Positions 26,263-39,487 of a stretch of 64,000 nt of DNA are shown piece after piece. A program made the translations under genes and the position numbers. The notes under the pieces are model-generated. The model saw only the letters and a list, made by a program, of their open reading frames with translations. It did not search any database and had not been told where the DNA came from. Source of the stretch: Squalus acanthias. Taxonomy: Eukaryota. The stretch lies in NCBI GenBank assembly GCA_030390025.1, contig CM059434.1:84630001-84694000 (forward strand). The letters run 5' to 3'. Position 1 is the first letter of the stretch; every line of letters begins with the position of its first letter.

Positions 26263-27329
26263 ACAGTTAAAATTCTCAAGTTTTGCTGCCTGATCAACTG
26301 GATGAAGCTTGCACTTTATTTGTTTAAAGCCAGATGCTCAAAGGCGATGCATGTGTACAAGTAACAAACTGACAACCAGGATAATGGCTGCCACATTCCT
26401 GTCTGATTATTGACGGTAGCTTTAGAAAAATCCAGTGTCTTTCCCTTCTGTTCGCTGCCGGCACCCCCCTCCCCCCACCATATTATTACTGGTCGTTGTG
26501 AGAACTCGATCACTCAAAGCAGTAGCTGGGATATACAACATTTCAACTGCTTTTGGCTGGGCAACAAACATAAGCATATATTTCTAGGGCTAGGGGTGGG
26601 AATCAATCTGGGAAAAGACCACAACAATACATTGTTGAGACTTCCAGTTGATGGATATTTGGATACAGCCTATGGGCGCGCTTCTGAAAGAGCAAGGGTA
26701 TTTTTCTTCTTTAAAAAAAGGAAATTAAACACAATACTTTCAACTGCTATTAAAGTAGCTGCACTTGGAAAAAAAGATTTTAAGTTGCATTTAAATTAAA
26801 CATCTCTATCTATACAATAGGCCAGAAAAAAGAATTGTGTTGAAGTGCATTGCCATATGCATACATACAAACATACAGAAATAGATTAGTTCACAGCCCC
26901 GATCACTGGTGCCACAGTGGAAAAGGAGCACAGCCTATAGCAGGACACAAAAATTTTATATAAGCGCCATAATAATAGCTGGAGGACATTTATATCACTA
27001 ATTTGACCGTCAAGGTTGCCAGCGTAACAGCTTGGATTGCACTGCGGCCCAATAGGCAAGTCAGATTTTCTGTGACCCACTTTATGAGTCAGCAATCCTG
27101 CGTAAGCAGTGCTGATTAATGGCGTTTTAACTTGTGGATAAAGAGGACAAAATTCCAGGTAGTGAGACCATCTGGGAAAACAGAAACTGTATGTAAAGCT
27201 TTCCTGGTGGCATTTCATGTGGATACAGGCAAATCTGCAATAGTTAAAATAACATTTTGAAATGAAAAACAGGAAATTGGAATATAAACCCAATGGAAAG
27301 ATGTTTGAGGGTGTGGAAGAACAGATAGA

Positions 27330-27830
27330 CACCAAAAGTGCAAACACCTATCTCCTTGAAAGTGCTAGTGCAGGTAGGTACATCCATCAAATAGGCCAAC
27401 AGTATTTTGACTTTCATAAATAGGGGCATAGAGTACAAGTCCAAAAAGCTAATGATAAGTTAGTATAAGTTAGGTCACAGTTAGAGTACTGTGTGCAGCT
27501 TTAGATGCCCAATTATTATAGAAAGGACATTAAAGCAGCAGAGAGTATACCCAGCATCGATTCATCAGAATGATACCAGGGATGAGAAATTGTAGTTCTG
27601 AAGAAAGACTTGAGGCACGGTGACTATTTCCACTCGAGCAGGGAAGGCAAAGTGGATTTTAATACAGATTTTTAAAATAAGAAACGTGTTAGGTTAGATG
27701 AGAGAAAGTATTTCTTTTCATGGAGAGTCGTCCACCTCTAGGAAAGATGTGCTAAGTCTGGGTTCAATCCAGATGTTGAAAAGGTTGCTGAATGATTTCC
27801 TGAAAATGGAGAACATTTCATATTATAAAA
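27330..27830 (+). mobile_element. Old decayed CR1 fragment
   Basis: Remnants of LEYCVQ region and 3' RT. Confidence 0.6.
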
Positions 27831-29072
27831 GGTAAGTGAGGAGTAGCCGGGATTATTGATATGAGTTGCTGTAGTCTCCTGGTACTTGCTTGATTGCCTT
27901 TGGGGTTCAAGAGGAACTTCTCAAAGTTTTGCCTTAATTGGCCTCATGGTTCTTCTCTTTTGTGTGACTTGGGTTGGGGGTGGTGGGGGGGATTGAGTGA
28001 GTTGATGTTGCACGTGGGCTGCACAATGTCTGGATGGGCTTGATGAGTCAGAAGGTTTTATCCTTTTTTGTATGTTTGTATACTAAGTAGAGATGAGAGC
28101 ATGGCACCAGGATATTCTACAAATTTGAGGGGGACAATAAAGTCCAAAGACAACAAAGGGGAAATGTGGAAAAGATAAAAGAAAGAGAACATGCAATATG
28201 CATGAAAGTAAAACAGAAGAAAATTATGACAATGACAGGGAAGAAAATAAAAAGCTTCATGGAAAAACTAAGTGAATAGGTTAGTTGGCAGAATGGAAAA
28301 GATACTCTTTCAATTGTGGAATCTGGGGTTCAGTTCAATTCAACAGCTCCATGCTGTACCTGACCTTAATTTTTATTTTCCCAAGGATAATCAACCTGTG
28401 CAACAGGATTCTGAAGGGGACAGTGAGGACGGGCTACTTGCAGTCCTTCAAGAAAATACTAGACACATTTTAGGAAAACTACAATGTCACAGCCGAAGGA
28501 AAGTATGATTTTGGGTAATAACAAATGCATTGGGGCCTCGCCTGATCGCTACTGAGGGGTCAAAGAGGAATTTTCGACAGGGGCGCAAGGAGGAAGGATG
28601 GGGCCATGGGTATGAGCCCAGTGAGAAGTAAGGTGAATGCTTCTGGACCTGATGGCCTTTTCTCACCCTGAGTACATCACATAACTTGCTGCCAGAGTGG
28701 AGAGAGAATATACTTTAACCCACCGTCACGCTAACCTTCGAGTAGAATGCCAAAGTCGACAAATGAACTGAAGTAAAATTCAGCGTGGTTTCTCTCTCAA
28801 TAGCACTGCAGACCTACATATATTTAGGTCATTCAGATTGCCATTTATGCTAAAACCACAAAGCAACCAGTTACAGAGCCCTGGTATCCTTGTGCAGTAA
28901 AGTGATAAATCTATATGCCTTTTGAACTAGCATTAACTGAACACCATTAAAATACTCTAATGTGGGAAGAAGAGTCAAGCATACGGAAAAGACTAAAACC
29001 TAGTATTTTTGTATCACTATGCGCTGATGTAATATTATACCTTTCCTGACTCAAAATTTAAGTTTAACCTAC

Positions 29073-29212
29073 CTGCTACAAGCTTGCTGCTTCTTGGTGC
29101 ATCTGTAGCTGGTTCATTGGAGATATTAATCATCTTTACTCCTTCCTGAGCATTTTCCTCATCAGTGCTGATCTCGGTTTTGCGGTTAACAACTGGGGCC
29201 ACAGTTTGCATA
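29073..29212 (-). CDS. PLEKHA5: PLEKHA5 coding exon (140 nt, (S)MQTVAPVVNRKTEISTDEENAQEGVKMINISNEPATDAPRSSKLVA+G)
   Basis: tcttttag|T, CAG|gtagg, phase 2/1 fits both neighbours. Confidence 0.85.
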
Positions 29213-29877
29213 CTAAAAGAACAAAAACATTTAGTGAGGAGAAAACCTCATTGCAGTTCAAAGAAATTAATAAAGAAGATTTTTGCCGACTTGAGGGCTT
29301 TCATTTAGATACCAAGAGTGTGAATGATTGACAAAGCAATTTGACAGTTATGAACCATAGCATTGTAGCATTTTAGTAAATTTATGATATGCTCTTGAAC
29401 TAAGGAGAAACCTATTTTCATCATATTATAACAAAAGCATTAAATTCAAAGCCAAGGTTATTTTATAAAGGGTGTTCACCAATGAACATGTCAACAATAC
29501 TGAATGGAAAGAATAAAATAAAAAGGAACATTTAGAAAGGGGTAACATTGGGATATGAAGTTCAGCACATATCTGCATAAAAACCCTAATTAATCAGTGA
29601 GACAACACCTTATTCCACCGTTCATTATTGCAGAGTCCATTGCTTTTTAAATTCGGCAGCCTTGTGCTTTTAAAACTCTGGAAAGCTCTTTCTTTCCCTA
29701 ATACAGCACAGGCCACTTATAATGGAGTAATTTATATAGGGACAACTTATCAGTCATAAGTGGCCATCAGTTATGGTGACTTGCGTCCTTTCCAGTAGGC
29801 CACGATATTAATATAGGAGATTCTCTGGGTGCATTACAGTTGATCCTAATAACTGATCTTGGAGCACAAATCGAGTT

Positions 29878-30525
29878 CACAGAATCATACAGCACAGGAG
29901 GCCATTCAGCCCATTGTTTTTGTGCCAGCTCTTTGAAAGAGCTCTCCAATTAGTCCTATTCCCCTGCTCTTTCCCCATAGCCCTACAATTTTTTTCCTTT
30001 TCAAGTATATATCCAATTCCCTTTCGAAAGTTATTATTGAATCAGTTTTCAGCCAGTGCATTCCAGATCACAACAACGCGTTGCGTAAAAGAAATTCTCC
30101 TCGTCTGCCCTCTGGTTCTTTTGCCAACTATCTTAAATCTGTGCCCTCTGGTTAACAACCCACCTGCCAGTGGAAACAGTTTCTCCTTATTTACTTTATC
30201 AAAACCCTTCATAATTTTGAACACCTCTATTAAATCGCCCCTTAATCTTCTCTGCTCTAAGGAGACAATCCCAGCTTCTCTAGTTTTTCTACATAACTGA
30301 AGTCCCTCATCCCCAATATAATTCTATTAAATCTCTTCTGCACCCTCTTCAAGGCCTCAACATCCCTCTAAAGTGTGATGCCCACATTTGGACACAATAC
30401 TCCAGCTGAGGCCCAACCAGTGTTTTATAAAGGTTTAGTATAACTTGTGTACTCTATTTATAAAGCCAATAATCTCTTTCTTAACAGCCTTATCAACTTG
30501 TCCTGCCACCTTTAAAGATTTGTGT
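29878..30525 (-). mobile_element. CR1 LINE 3' fragment
   Basis: FKIMKGFDKVNKEKLFPL...TRGHRFKI...FTQRVV. Confidence 0.88.
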
Positions 30526-30882
30526 ATTTTATTTTATTTAGAGCAGGAGCAAGTGGATTACAAATCAACTGTTTGCAACAGTCACTAGTTATCCAATTAA
30601 AGAGGCATTAATCTCAGTTTTAGGATTAAAGGAAAGGACTTGCATTTATTTAGCACCTTTCATGACCTCAGGACGTCCCAAAGTGCTTTACAGCCAATGA
30701 CGTACTTTTGAAGTGTAGTCACTGAGTTTTAAGCAATTTCTTAACTATAGTACTCTATTGCTTTGGTTTGAAATTTTCAATTTTGTCCAAAGACGCTTAA
30801 ACCAAGGCCTGATGCAGGTAGAGCAGAGGCCAGTGGTAACTTTAACATTTGTTTTAATATTGAGTTCTCTGTTGAACATTAT

Positions 30883-31626
30883 GGCCCAGAAATTGATCTC
30901 GCTCTGTTCCCGCGGGGGTAAGCCTTCCCCGCGATGTCTCACCTCGCTTGTGCTTTTTCAGATCCAGCTCGCACGAACTTGATGTTCCAGACATCAGCTG
31001 TGCTGGGCTTGCGTATCCCAGCGGCGTAGTGAATTCGTGCGAGCTGTGGGATCACGTGACTCAGTTAGAGCCAATGGCAGCACACCATCTTCCATTCATA
31101 AGTCTCACAGCATGGCTGTGAAATCTATGAATCTTACACCCCCCCAAAATAACAGCTAAACCTCAATTAAATTAAAAAAAAAACCCATCACATTAATAAA
31201 ATAAGTATAGTTAATTAAATTAACCATTTTAAATAAAAAATTACATTTTTGAAAAAATTTAAAATCTTTTAAAAAGTTTTAAAAATAAACTTACCTGTCT
31301 TTAAAGTCTCTAAAAAAGATATACCTGTAAAAAAAAATTCAAAAAAATACTTAATTCACTACTTACCTTCTTAAAAGCGGGTCTTACTCCTCCTTTTTAC
31401 ATTTCCAAAATCTTCAGTACTTACCTGCGCGTCCAAAGCATGAAGTGCACAGCGTGCGCGCAGCCTGTAGCGCGCACGCGATGCACCGAGGACCCGCCCC
31501 CTTTTCTGAAGAGCAATTGCCGGTTTTCAGCGTATGCGCAGGGCATGCAGAAAACCGGCAATTGGAGTGGGAATACGCGAGAGTATGCAGTGCGTACTCT
31601 CGCGTCCCGGGATCAATTTTCGGCCC
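30883..31626. mobile_element. MITE
   Basis: GGCCCAGAAATTGATCTCG / CGGGATCAATTTTCGGCCC TIRs; flanks TAT/AAT; GC-rich arms, AT-rich core. Confidence 0.8.
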
Positions 31627-32015
31627 AATGACAGCTCTGGAGGAAAGAAAAAAAATACGTGTACATATATCTTTCTCTTTGCCAAGTTTTTTCCCCACCT
31701 TCACTCTGAGTCTCTCACAATGGAGTGCTGCACTCCAGTCAAAAGGGCAGGCAAACAACCTGCTCCCAAGGCTCTTCCAATTGAAGGTAGTTTGGCCCAC
31801 ACTCCAGTTTGCCCTTTTGTACATTGTGGCAGGTGGTAAGCCTCGCTGAGTATCTTAGACTAGCTAAAACTGAATTCACTACATGGAGAACTGCAACACA
31901 GTCTAACTGTAGCATATATTCATGCCATTCAGTAAGAATTACTTGAATTAAATAGATAAAAGCCTATTTCATCTTATGCCTTCTTCCACTCCCTACATAT
32001 CAACCAATAACGTAC

Positions 32016-32131
32016 CTGCTTCTGGCTTTTATCCCATCAATGTTCTTCAGTTTATCCAAAGTTTCATCAGGACTTAACATTTCAGACTCAGCTTCAATGT
32101 ACCTTTTAGACACGAGCATTTGGCTTGAGAA
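32016..32131 (-). CDS. PLEKHA5: PLEKHA5 coding exon (116 nt, FSSQMLVSKRYIEAESEMLSPDETLDKLKNIDGIKARS+AG)
   Basis: ccacag|TTC, CAG|gtacg, phase 0/2 consistent with next exon. Confidence 0.83.
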
Positions 32132-32479
32132 CTGTGGAATGGCAAAAACAAGGCAATAGCTTTAAGGATGACGAAAGTATGTCAAAGCTTTCCTTTTTGT
32201 CAAAGGCCCATGAATTGCAGGGCACAGGAGCGGCAATGTGAAGTGGTGGAAAGTGTTTTCATGCCTTTAAATGCTCACAGGCTGAGTTCCATTTCTTAGC
32301 TGTGTCAGAATGGTGGTTAGGTAAAGGAGAAAATGGAAGGATAGCGAGGTGGAAATTCCTCTAGGCCCGTTTTCTACCATGAAATGGGTACCGTGTACAG
32401 AGTGCATGTCCTAACTGGGACACCCAAAGCCAGCCCGAAATAAGGCCACGGGCCTCATTAATATTATTTAGACGAGCCT

Positions 32480-32775
32480 CATTTTAAGATGACGAGTGTG
32501 ATTATCTTATAATTATACCCCATCATTTTGCCAATCAATCGAAACAATCCATCACTATTTGCCCCTTCATAACCCTTCAAAATCATTTCGGCCACCATGA
32601 GGTCACCCCTCAACCATCTCAACTCCAGTGAAAAAACTTCAAACTTCTCAACTCCTTCATAACTGTAAGCCCTCATTCCTGTTAACATCCTAGTGAATCT
32701 AAGCTGCATGTTTTCCATTGTTTTTCTACCCTTCCAATAGTGGCTTGTCCTAAAGTGCACACAATACCCCAACTT
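32480..32775 (-). mobile_element. Old CR1 fragment
   Basis: FSLELRWLRGDL motif. Confidence 0.7.
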
Positions 32776-32893
32776 GATACATGTGTGGTTTCCCTAGAAC
32801 ATTTGAACTTGGCTACACAGTCCTACAGTCTGTGGAGGATGCAGAATGAAGATGACGGGGACAAATATGGACTACAAAGTGATCTGTACTCAC

Positions 32894-33055
32894 ATCTTTT
32901 CCACTTTCCAACTTTTGCTGATTTGGTTCAACATTCTCTTCTTTTAAACGAGCAATTTCCTCTGCTGCGGTTTCTCGATGTTGATCACAATTATCATTTC
33001 GAACAGCAGCTTCCAACTCTTGAATATTACTTTCAGCTGTTCTGCATCTGTGAAG
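32894..33055 (-). CDS. PLEKHA5: PLEKHA5 coding exon (162 nt, LHRCRTAESNIQELEAAVRNDNCDQHRETAAEEIARLKEENVEPNQQKLESGKD)
   Basis: tttcag|CTT, GAT|gtgag, phase 0/0; ETxAEEIARLKE motif. Confidence 0.88.
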
Positions 33056-33077
33056 CTGAAACAAGCAACATCTTTTA

Positions 33078-33475
33078 GAGTGGTGTGATAGTTTGGGCAC
33101 AGGACTAGCAATCCAGAGGCCTAGAAATAATCCAGAGAACATGAGTTCAAATTCCACCATGGCAGTTTGAGAATTTGATTTCAGTTTAAAAAATCTAGAA
33201 ATAAAAAGCAGTAAAAGTGACCAGGAAGCAGTCGGATTGCTGTAAAAGCCCAACTGGTTCACTAAGTCCTTTATGGAAAGCGACTGTCCTTATCTGGTCT
33301 GGCCTATGAGTCCCACACCAATGTGATTGATTCTTAACAACCTTCTGAAGCGGCCTAACAAGCCACCCAATTGTATAAAACTGCTAGAAGGTCCACCACC
33401 ACTTTCTCAGGGCAACTAGAGGGCAGAAAGTGCCGGCCTTGCCAGTGATGCTCATACCCCCAAAATGATTTTTTT
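33078..33475 (+). mobile_element. tRNA-derived SINE of a second family
   Basis: B-box-like GAGTTCAAATTCC; LINE-like tail CACCACTTTCTCAGGGCAACTAG...GGCCTTGCCAGTGATGCTCA. Confidence 0.7.
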
Positions 33476-36400
33476 TTAAGTCAAAAAAAAATCTTAACTC
33501 AACTGACTATTCTTTCTAAATCATGTCCTAAATTCTGCATTTTTGATAAAACTAAGTTTATATATGAATTAATGAAATTTAATTTCCATCCAAAGTAAAG
33601 ACAAATTAAGAATTTAATATATATATTTATCATAAAACACACAATGTAACTTCACTATATTGAAAGACTAATTGCTACGTGAAGTTTGATTTCAAACATA
33701 GGACCAAAAGCGATTTCTACTTTCTTGTACACTATTTAGTGGACGCTACTAACCGTGTAACAGTGTGCCCTGTGATGCAGCTACTGCTGCTAGGGTGATC
33801 TATCAAGTCTCAGCAGGAAGCAGACATCAAGAACAAGAGAGAGAATGCGACTATTGACCGCAGGCATAAAACAGCTTAAGTGAAAGAACAGCTTAAAAAC
33901 AGTTTGCAGAGGGAGAAAGTTGAGGTAGATTGGAAACCAGAGCAAGGGGGAGTATTGCCACCTTGGTTGCAAAACCTCCTAGCAGCTGACTGAAATAAGC
34001 CTGACAGCAGGATACACTTAACTCTAATTCGTAGAAGGCAATGGCACAAGATCTGTAGAAGAGGGAAAAGAAGATACAGGGATTTCAGACCCCGATCCAA
34101 AAAAAAAAATCCACAAAATATCACAATTGGCACTTTTACACCACCTGGTTAACTAAAACTGATGCTTAAGATGTTGCTTCACATAAACAAATCAGTAAAA
34201 ACCTGCATAGCAGTTCAATGCTTCGTGTACTAATTGAAGTCACTATAAAACTGTTACCATGTTTTTCTCAGATTTTTTACATACAGACATGGAACTTAAA
34301 CAAAATACAGAACTCTACAGTGCAGAACAAATTATTTCTGTGGCTGGTTTGGGAGATACAACATTTCAACATAAGGTCCAATGCTTTTTTTTTTGCAGTC
34401 CCAAAGGTATTGTGTGGGAATTGTTATTTGTACTTTGTAACTATGTACAATCTGAGCATATTCATGGGTTATCCCAACTGCATCACAACCGTTGTAACTT
34501 GTTAAAAATCCAAAATTTTTCAACAATTAAAGAAATTGGATTGGGCCAATAAATAAAAGGCCCCCGGCATAGGCATATATTTAACTGTGACTAACCCAGG
34601 GATAAATAAACAAAGGAATACTCCAGGGAAGGAGTTATCTCATGAAAAATGTACAACCAGTGCCTCATCGAAGGGCACCAATTTGTTAAACATTTTTTTT
34701 TGCCAGAAAGCACTTGCCTCAACACTGTTATTTAATGAGCGCAACTCTACATTTATTGGACAAGGTCTATGGAGGGAACAGGATTTATGGATTAAATGGC
34801 ATTTTGTCATTTCCACTTTATGCTCTTCATTCTTCTTCAGGAAGAATAGTCTTTCAATTATGACCAATTTAAAATTCTATTGACGTTTTCATCCAAGAAT
34901 AATTTTTTCCAGAAATAAGAGAAAACAAGAGAATGCGATAAAGAGAAATATCTTTTGGGGACAAGCATACAATTGTAGATTTTATTTTTGGTCATCAGTT
35001 TTCAAATATTGATGGCCAAGTGGCTTGTAGAAATGCACCTGGAAACAGCAACAAACAAACCTCATGACAGAGTGCGTCTAGTTAAAGATACTGCAGAGTA
35101 ATTGAATCTATTACAATTTCGGAATGAATTATGATCACCTTCACTAAATGCTCTGCTGTAACAGCAGGCAACAACTGTGTATAGCAGTTTCCTTGCTGAA
35201 TACAGGATTGATGACAAAAGGACTTTAACCATTTTTCTATCCAGCTCAAATTAAATGATTGGCAAAATACTTCAGCACAAGTCCCATCCAGCAGTGCAGC
35301 AGTTTGGCTGTTGAAACTTTGTTTAATAACGTGGAAATATTAGCTAAATCAAAAATTCAATTTTCAACATATGGAAAGCTAAATATTAAAATAGCAACAA
35401 AATATTCTGATTTATTTTTATATTGTTTTAGCCCAACATGAACTCCAGTGAACAGCTCCTTTTAAGAGCATTTCCTTCCATGAGGACCAACCTTTGTCTG
35501 GCAAAATGAAGCTGCTGTTAATTCTTCCAGCCACTAAGTTCAGCTACAGAGGTTTAAACATCACCTTGCAGCGTGACAAATTCTTACTGATAGGCAGTCT
35601 TCCAAGTGTTTCGCTTTGGGTTAATTACTGAAATCTGGAGTTACTAATCCTCATTTCATTATATAACACGGTATAAATATGTGAAGTGCTTAATTGAAAG
35701 GTATCCTGTATTTTGTTTCAAAACTGTCTCTAAACCGATCTCTTTTAGGCTCAAAAAATTAAAAATGTGAAGGAAGTCTCTCTCTTAAAAGTCTCCGATT
35801 GTTGCACAGGACAAGCTCTATTTTCAACAGCCACATTTTTTTTTAAAAACCACATTGTGAAGGGCCCATTCTAGTTAAGATCATTCAGCCGAGTAAGCGA
35901 TAAGATGGATATGTGGAATTGTTAGTCATCAGGCAGAAATAGGGAATCCTAATCATGCCTGAAGAGTTCAGCTGAAATTTTGATGTTAACCAAAATAAAT
36001 TTTCCCGGGAAAAAACAGTTGCGACATACTGACAAGAAACTATATCTGATTTAATGTCCGAGTCATCAAAGGGCATTGGTGATGTGACTAATTCAGTTGG
36101 TAAATGACACATCCACTGACGCATTCAAATGGACCCCCAAAACCAATTGCAAATTACTTCATTGTCTGACTACACCAAAATTCATAATAAAATTCTGCAG
36201 TGATCATTCAGACTCAGTCATGTAACAAAGCCAGTTCACTTTTTTTTTGAGTCAGCCAAATGTCTGGCCCACTTGGAAACTGATCACCATGTTCAAGAGT
36301 CTCCAAAACAAGTTACTGAAAAACCCATACAAGTAGAGGTTATGTTCCTCAAATCTGGAATGCTCAGTCAGCCCGTTTACCTATTTCCAGAGAGCTTAGG

Positions 36401-36487
36401 CACTGATTAGCACAGCCAAAGTTTAGAAATTCCTGTGTGTATTGGGGTACTGAAGTGTAACCTGTTCATATTATGCTCCCTACCAAT

Positions 36488-39487
36488 CCCAGTGATTCAG
36501 AGACACAGAGGGCTGGATTTTCATTGACCCGTGGAGGCGGGTTTGGAGGCGTGTGGGGGGTTAAAATTGCGAAAACTGGCGGGTGGGCACAAGTCCACCT
36601 CCACGCAATTTTCATTAAATCGTGTCTGCTGGTCCCGACTCCGTCCCGCCTTTAAGAGGCGGGATAGGCTGTTAAGGCCCTTAACAAGCACTAAATTGGC
36701 TCTATAATGCCATTTTGAAAGGCCTTTGTGATTTTAACCCTTGTTCTACGTGAAGCACGCCTGTTCTGAACCACGAATGTGAAACCTGGCGGTAACACAT
36801 TTTAAAAGCTGACTATCAGCTGCAGGTCCACTATTACAACAGAGAAGTAGTAGTAGGAAAAATATCTGGGGGCAGATGTTGGGCTGCTGCTGTTCAGTTT
36901 GCCTTCAGGTCCTCTCACGTCTGTCTCTGTCTCTCTCTGACCTGCTCCGTGGGGTGGGTCTGTCTCTCTGTCTCTCAGCAAAGGCCAGGCAGTCTTTGAA
37001 GACCTTCAATGCAGCAGCAATGATGACATCATCAGAGGCGACTTTCAGACTGAAAACACGAATTGGTTCATGGGTTCCCACATGCTGGAACTCAATTGCC
37101 CAATTAGGTGAAAATTGCATCATCTCCCACATCCAATTGCAGTCGGGTGGATAACACGACCCCCAACCCACCCCAGTATCAAAATCCAGCCCACAGTGTC
37201 CACAGCAGCCAGGTCTGCACTCAAGGCCTCCATAATCAGCACCTGCGAAAAGACGCTCGGTCACTCGACCAGGAAACACCAAGACTGGTTCGACGAGAAT
37301 GACCAGGAGATCCAGGAGCTAATAAGCCGCAAGCGCAAGGCATTCCTGATCTAGAAACAGCAACACAACTCGAGAGCAAGAAAGCAGCTCTACAGACGCC
37401 TGAAGGCCAAGGTCAAACAAAAAACTTGCAACCTAAAGAACAGATGGTGGGTGGAGAAACCGCAGGAGATCCAGCAGCTAGCCGACAACCACGGTGCACG
37501 TGGATTCTTTAGCGCAGCCAAGACCACCTACGGGCCAAGCACCAAAGGTCCTACCCCACTGCGGGCCAAGAACGGAGAGGTACTCATCAAGGACAGAGAG
37601 GCAGTCAGTGCCCGCTGGAAGGAGCACTTCAAAGATCTCCTTAACCGAGACTCTGTCTTCGACGCGAGTGTCCTCAACTCCATCCCGCAGCATGCTACCC
37701 GCCACCACCTCAGCACAACCCCAGCCCGGCATGAGGTTGAAAAGGCCATCCGACAACTGACGAACAAAAAGGCCTCAGGAGCAGATGGAATCCCCGCTGA
37801 GGCACTAAAGCATGGCGGAGAAGCACTACTGACGCGAATTCATGAACTCATTTCTCTTATTTGGAAGGAGGAGAGCATGCCAGGGGATCTCAGATTGCGT
37901 AATTGCGACAATCTTCAAGAAAGGTGACAAGTCCGATTGCGGTAATTACAGAGGAGTTTCCCTGCTGTCTGCCACAGGGTAAGTCATCGCAAGAATCCAT
38001 CTCAATCGCCTTCTCCCAGTGGCTGAAGAGCTCCTCCCAGAGTCACAATGCGGATTCCACCCACTAAGGGACACAATGGACATGATCGTCACCGCGCGTC
38101 AATTACAAGAGAAATGCAGGGAACAGCACCAACCGCTGTACATGGCCTTCTTTGACCTCACAAAGGCCTTCGACACTGTCAACCGTGAGGGATTATGGAG
38201 TGTCCTCCTCAAATTCAGCTGCCCTCAAAAGTTTGTCACCATCCTTCGCCTGCTTCACGACGACATGCAAGCCGTGATCCTAACCAACGGATCCACAACA
38301 GACCAGGGTCAAGCAAGGCTGTGTCATCGCACCAACGCTCTTCTCGATCTTCCTTGCTGCAATGATCCATCTCACCCTCAGTAAGCTCCCCGCTGGAGTG
38401 GAGCTAATCTACAGAACAAACGGGAAACTGTTCAACCTCCGTCGCCTCCAGTCCAGATCCACGGTCGTCCCATCCTCTGTCATTGAATTACAGTATGCAG
38501 ACGACGCTTGCGTCTGCGCACACTCGGAGGTCGAACTCCAAACCATCGTCAACACCTTCACCGAAGCATACGAGAGCATGGGCCTTACACTAAACATCCG
38601 TAGGACGAAGGTCCTCTACCAACCTGCCCCCGCCATGCAGTACTGCCCCCCAATTATCTAAATCCACGATCAGGCTTTGGACAACGTGGACCACTTTCCA
38701 TACCTCGGGAGCCTACTGTCAACAAGGGCAGACGTCGATGACGAAGTCCAACACCGCCTTCAGTGTGCCAGTGCAGCCTTCAGTCGCCTGAGGAAGAGCG
38801 TGTTTGAAGACCAGGACCTCAAACCCAGCACCAAGCTCATGGTCTACAGAGCAGTAGTGATACCCGCCCTCCTGTATGCTTCAGAGCCATGGACCATGTA
38901 CAGCAGGCACCTCAAAGCACTGGAGAGGTACCACCAACGTTGCCTCCGCAAGATCCTGCAAATCCATTGGCAGGATAGGCGCACCAACGTCAGTGTTCTC
39001 GCTCAGACCAACATCCCCAGCATCGAAGCTCTGACCACGCTCGATCAGCTCCGATGGACGGGCCACATCGTCCGCATGCCCGATACGAGACTCCCAAAAC
39101 AAGCGCTCTACTCGGAGCTCTGACACGGCAAGAGAGCCCCAGATGGGCAGAGGAAATGCTTCAAGGACACCCTCAAAGCCTCCTGGAAAAAGTGCAACAT
39201 CCCCACCGATACCTGGGAATCCCTGGCCCAAGACCGCACAAAGTAGAGGAGAAGCATCTGGGAAGGCGCCGAACACCTCGAGTCTCTTCGCTGGGAGCAA
39301 GTGGAAGCCAAGCACAAACAGGAGCGCACATCAACCCAAGCACCCCACCCACCCGCCCCTTCAACCACCGTCTGCCCCACCTGTGACAGAGACTGTAGGT
39401 CCCGCATTGGACTCATCAGTCACCTGAGAACTCATTTTTAGTGTGGAAGCAAGTCATCCTCGGTTCCGAGGGACTGCCTAAGAAGAA
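36488..39487 (+). mobile_element. 5'-truncated, frameshifted RTE-clade LINE (interrupted by MITE 36510-37192)
   Basis: ORF pieces with RT motifs (KASGADGIPAE, LLPESQCGF, FDLTKAFDTV, LQYADD, FPYLGS), C-terminal CPTCDRDCRSRIGLISHLRTH zinc finger, (AAG)n tail, 44-bp flanking direct repeat. Confidence 0.93.
36510..37192. mobile_element. MITE (Harbinger-like) nested in RTE
   Basis: TIRs GGGCTGGATTTT...AAAATCCAGCCC; flanks AGA/ACA; RTE-like sequence on both sides. Confidence 0.85.

Noticed and set aside
31430-31626. CpG island promoter (also 1733-2272, 52015-52596)
   Set aside because: The CpG-rich patches coincide with MITE arms bounded by TIRs.
37451-39123. RT-containing ORFs as an active or domesticated gene
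   Set aside because: Multiple frameshifts and stops, 5' truncated, no endonuclease domain; a dead RTE copy.
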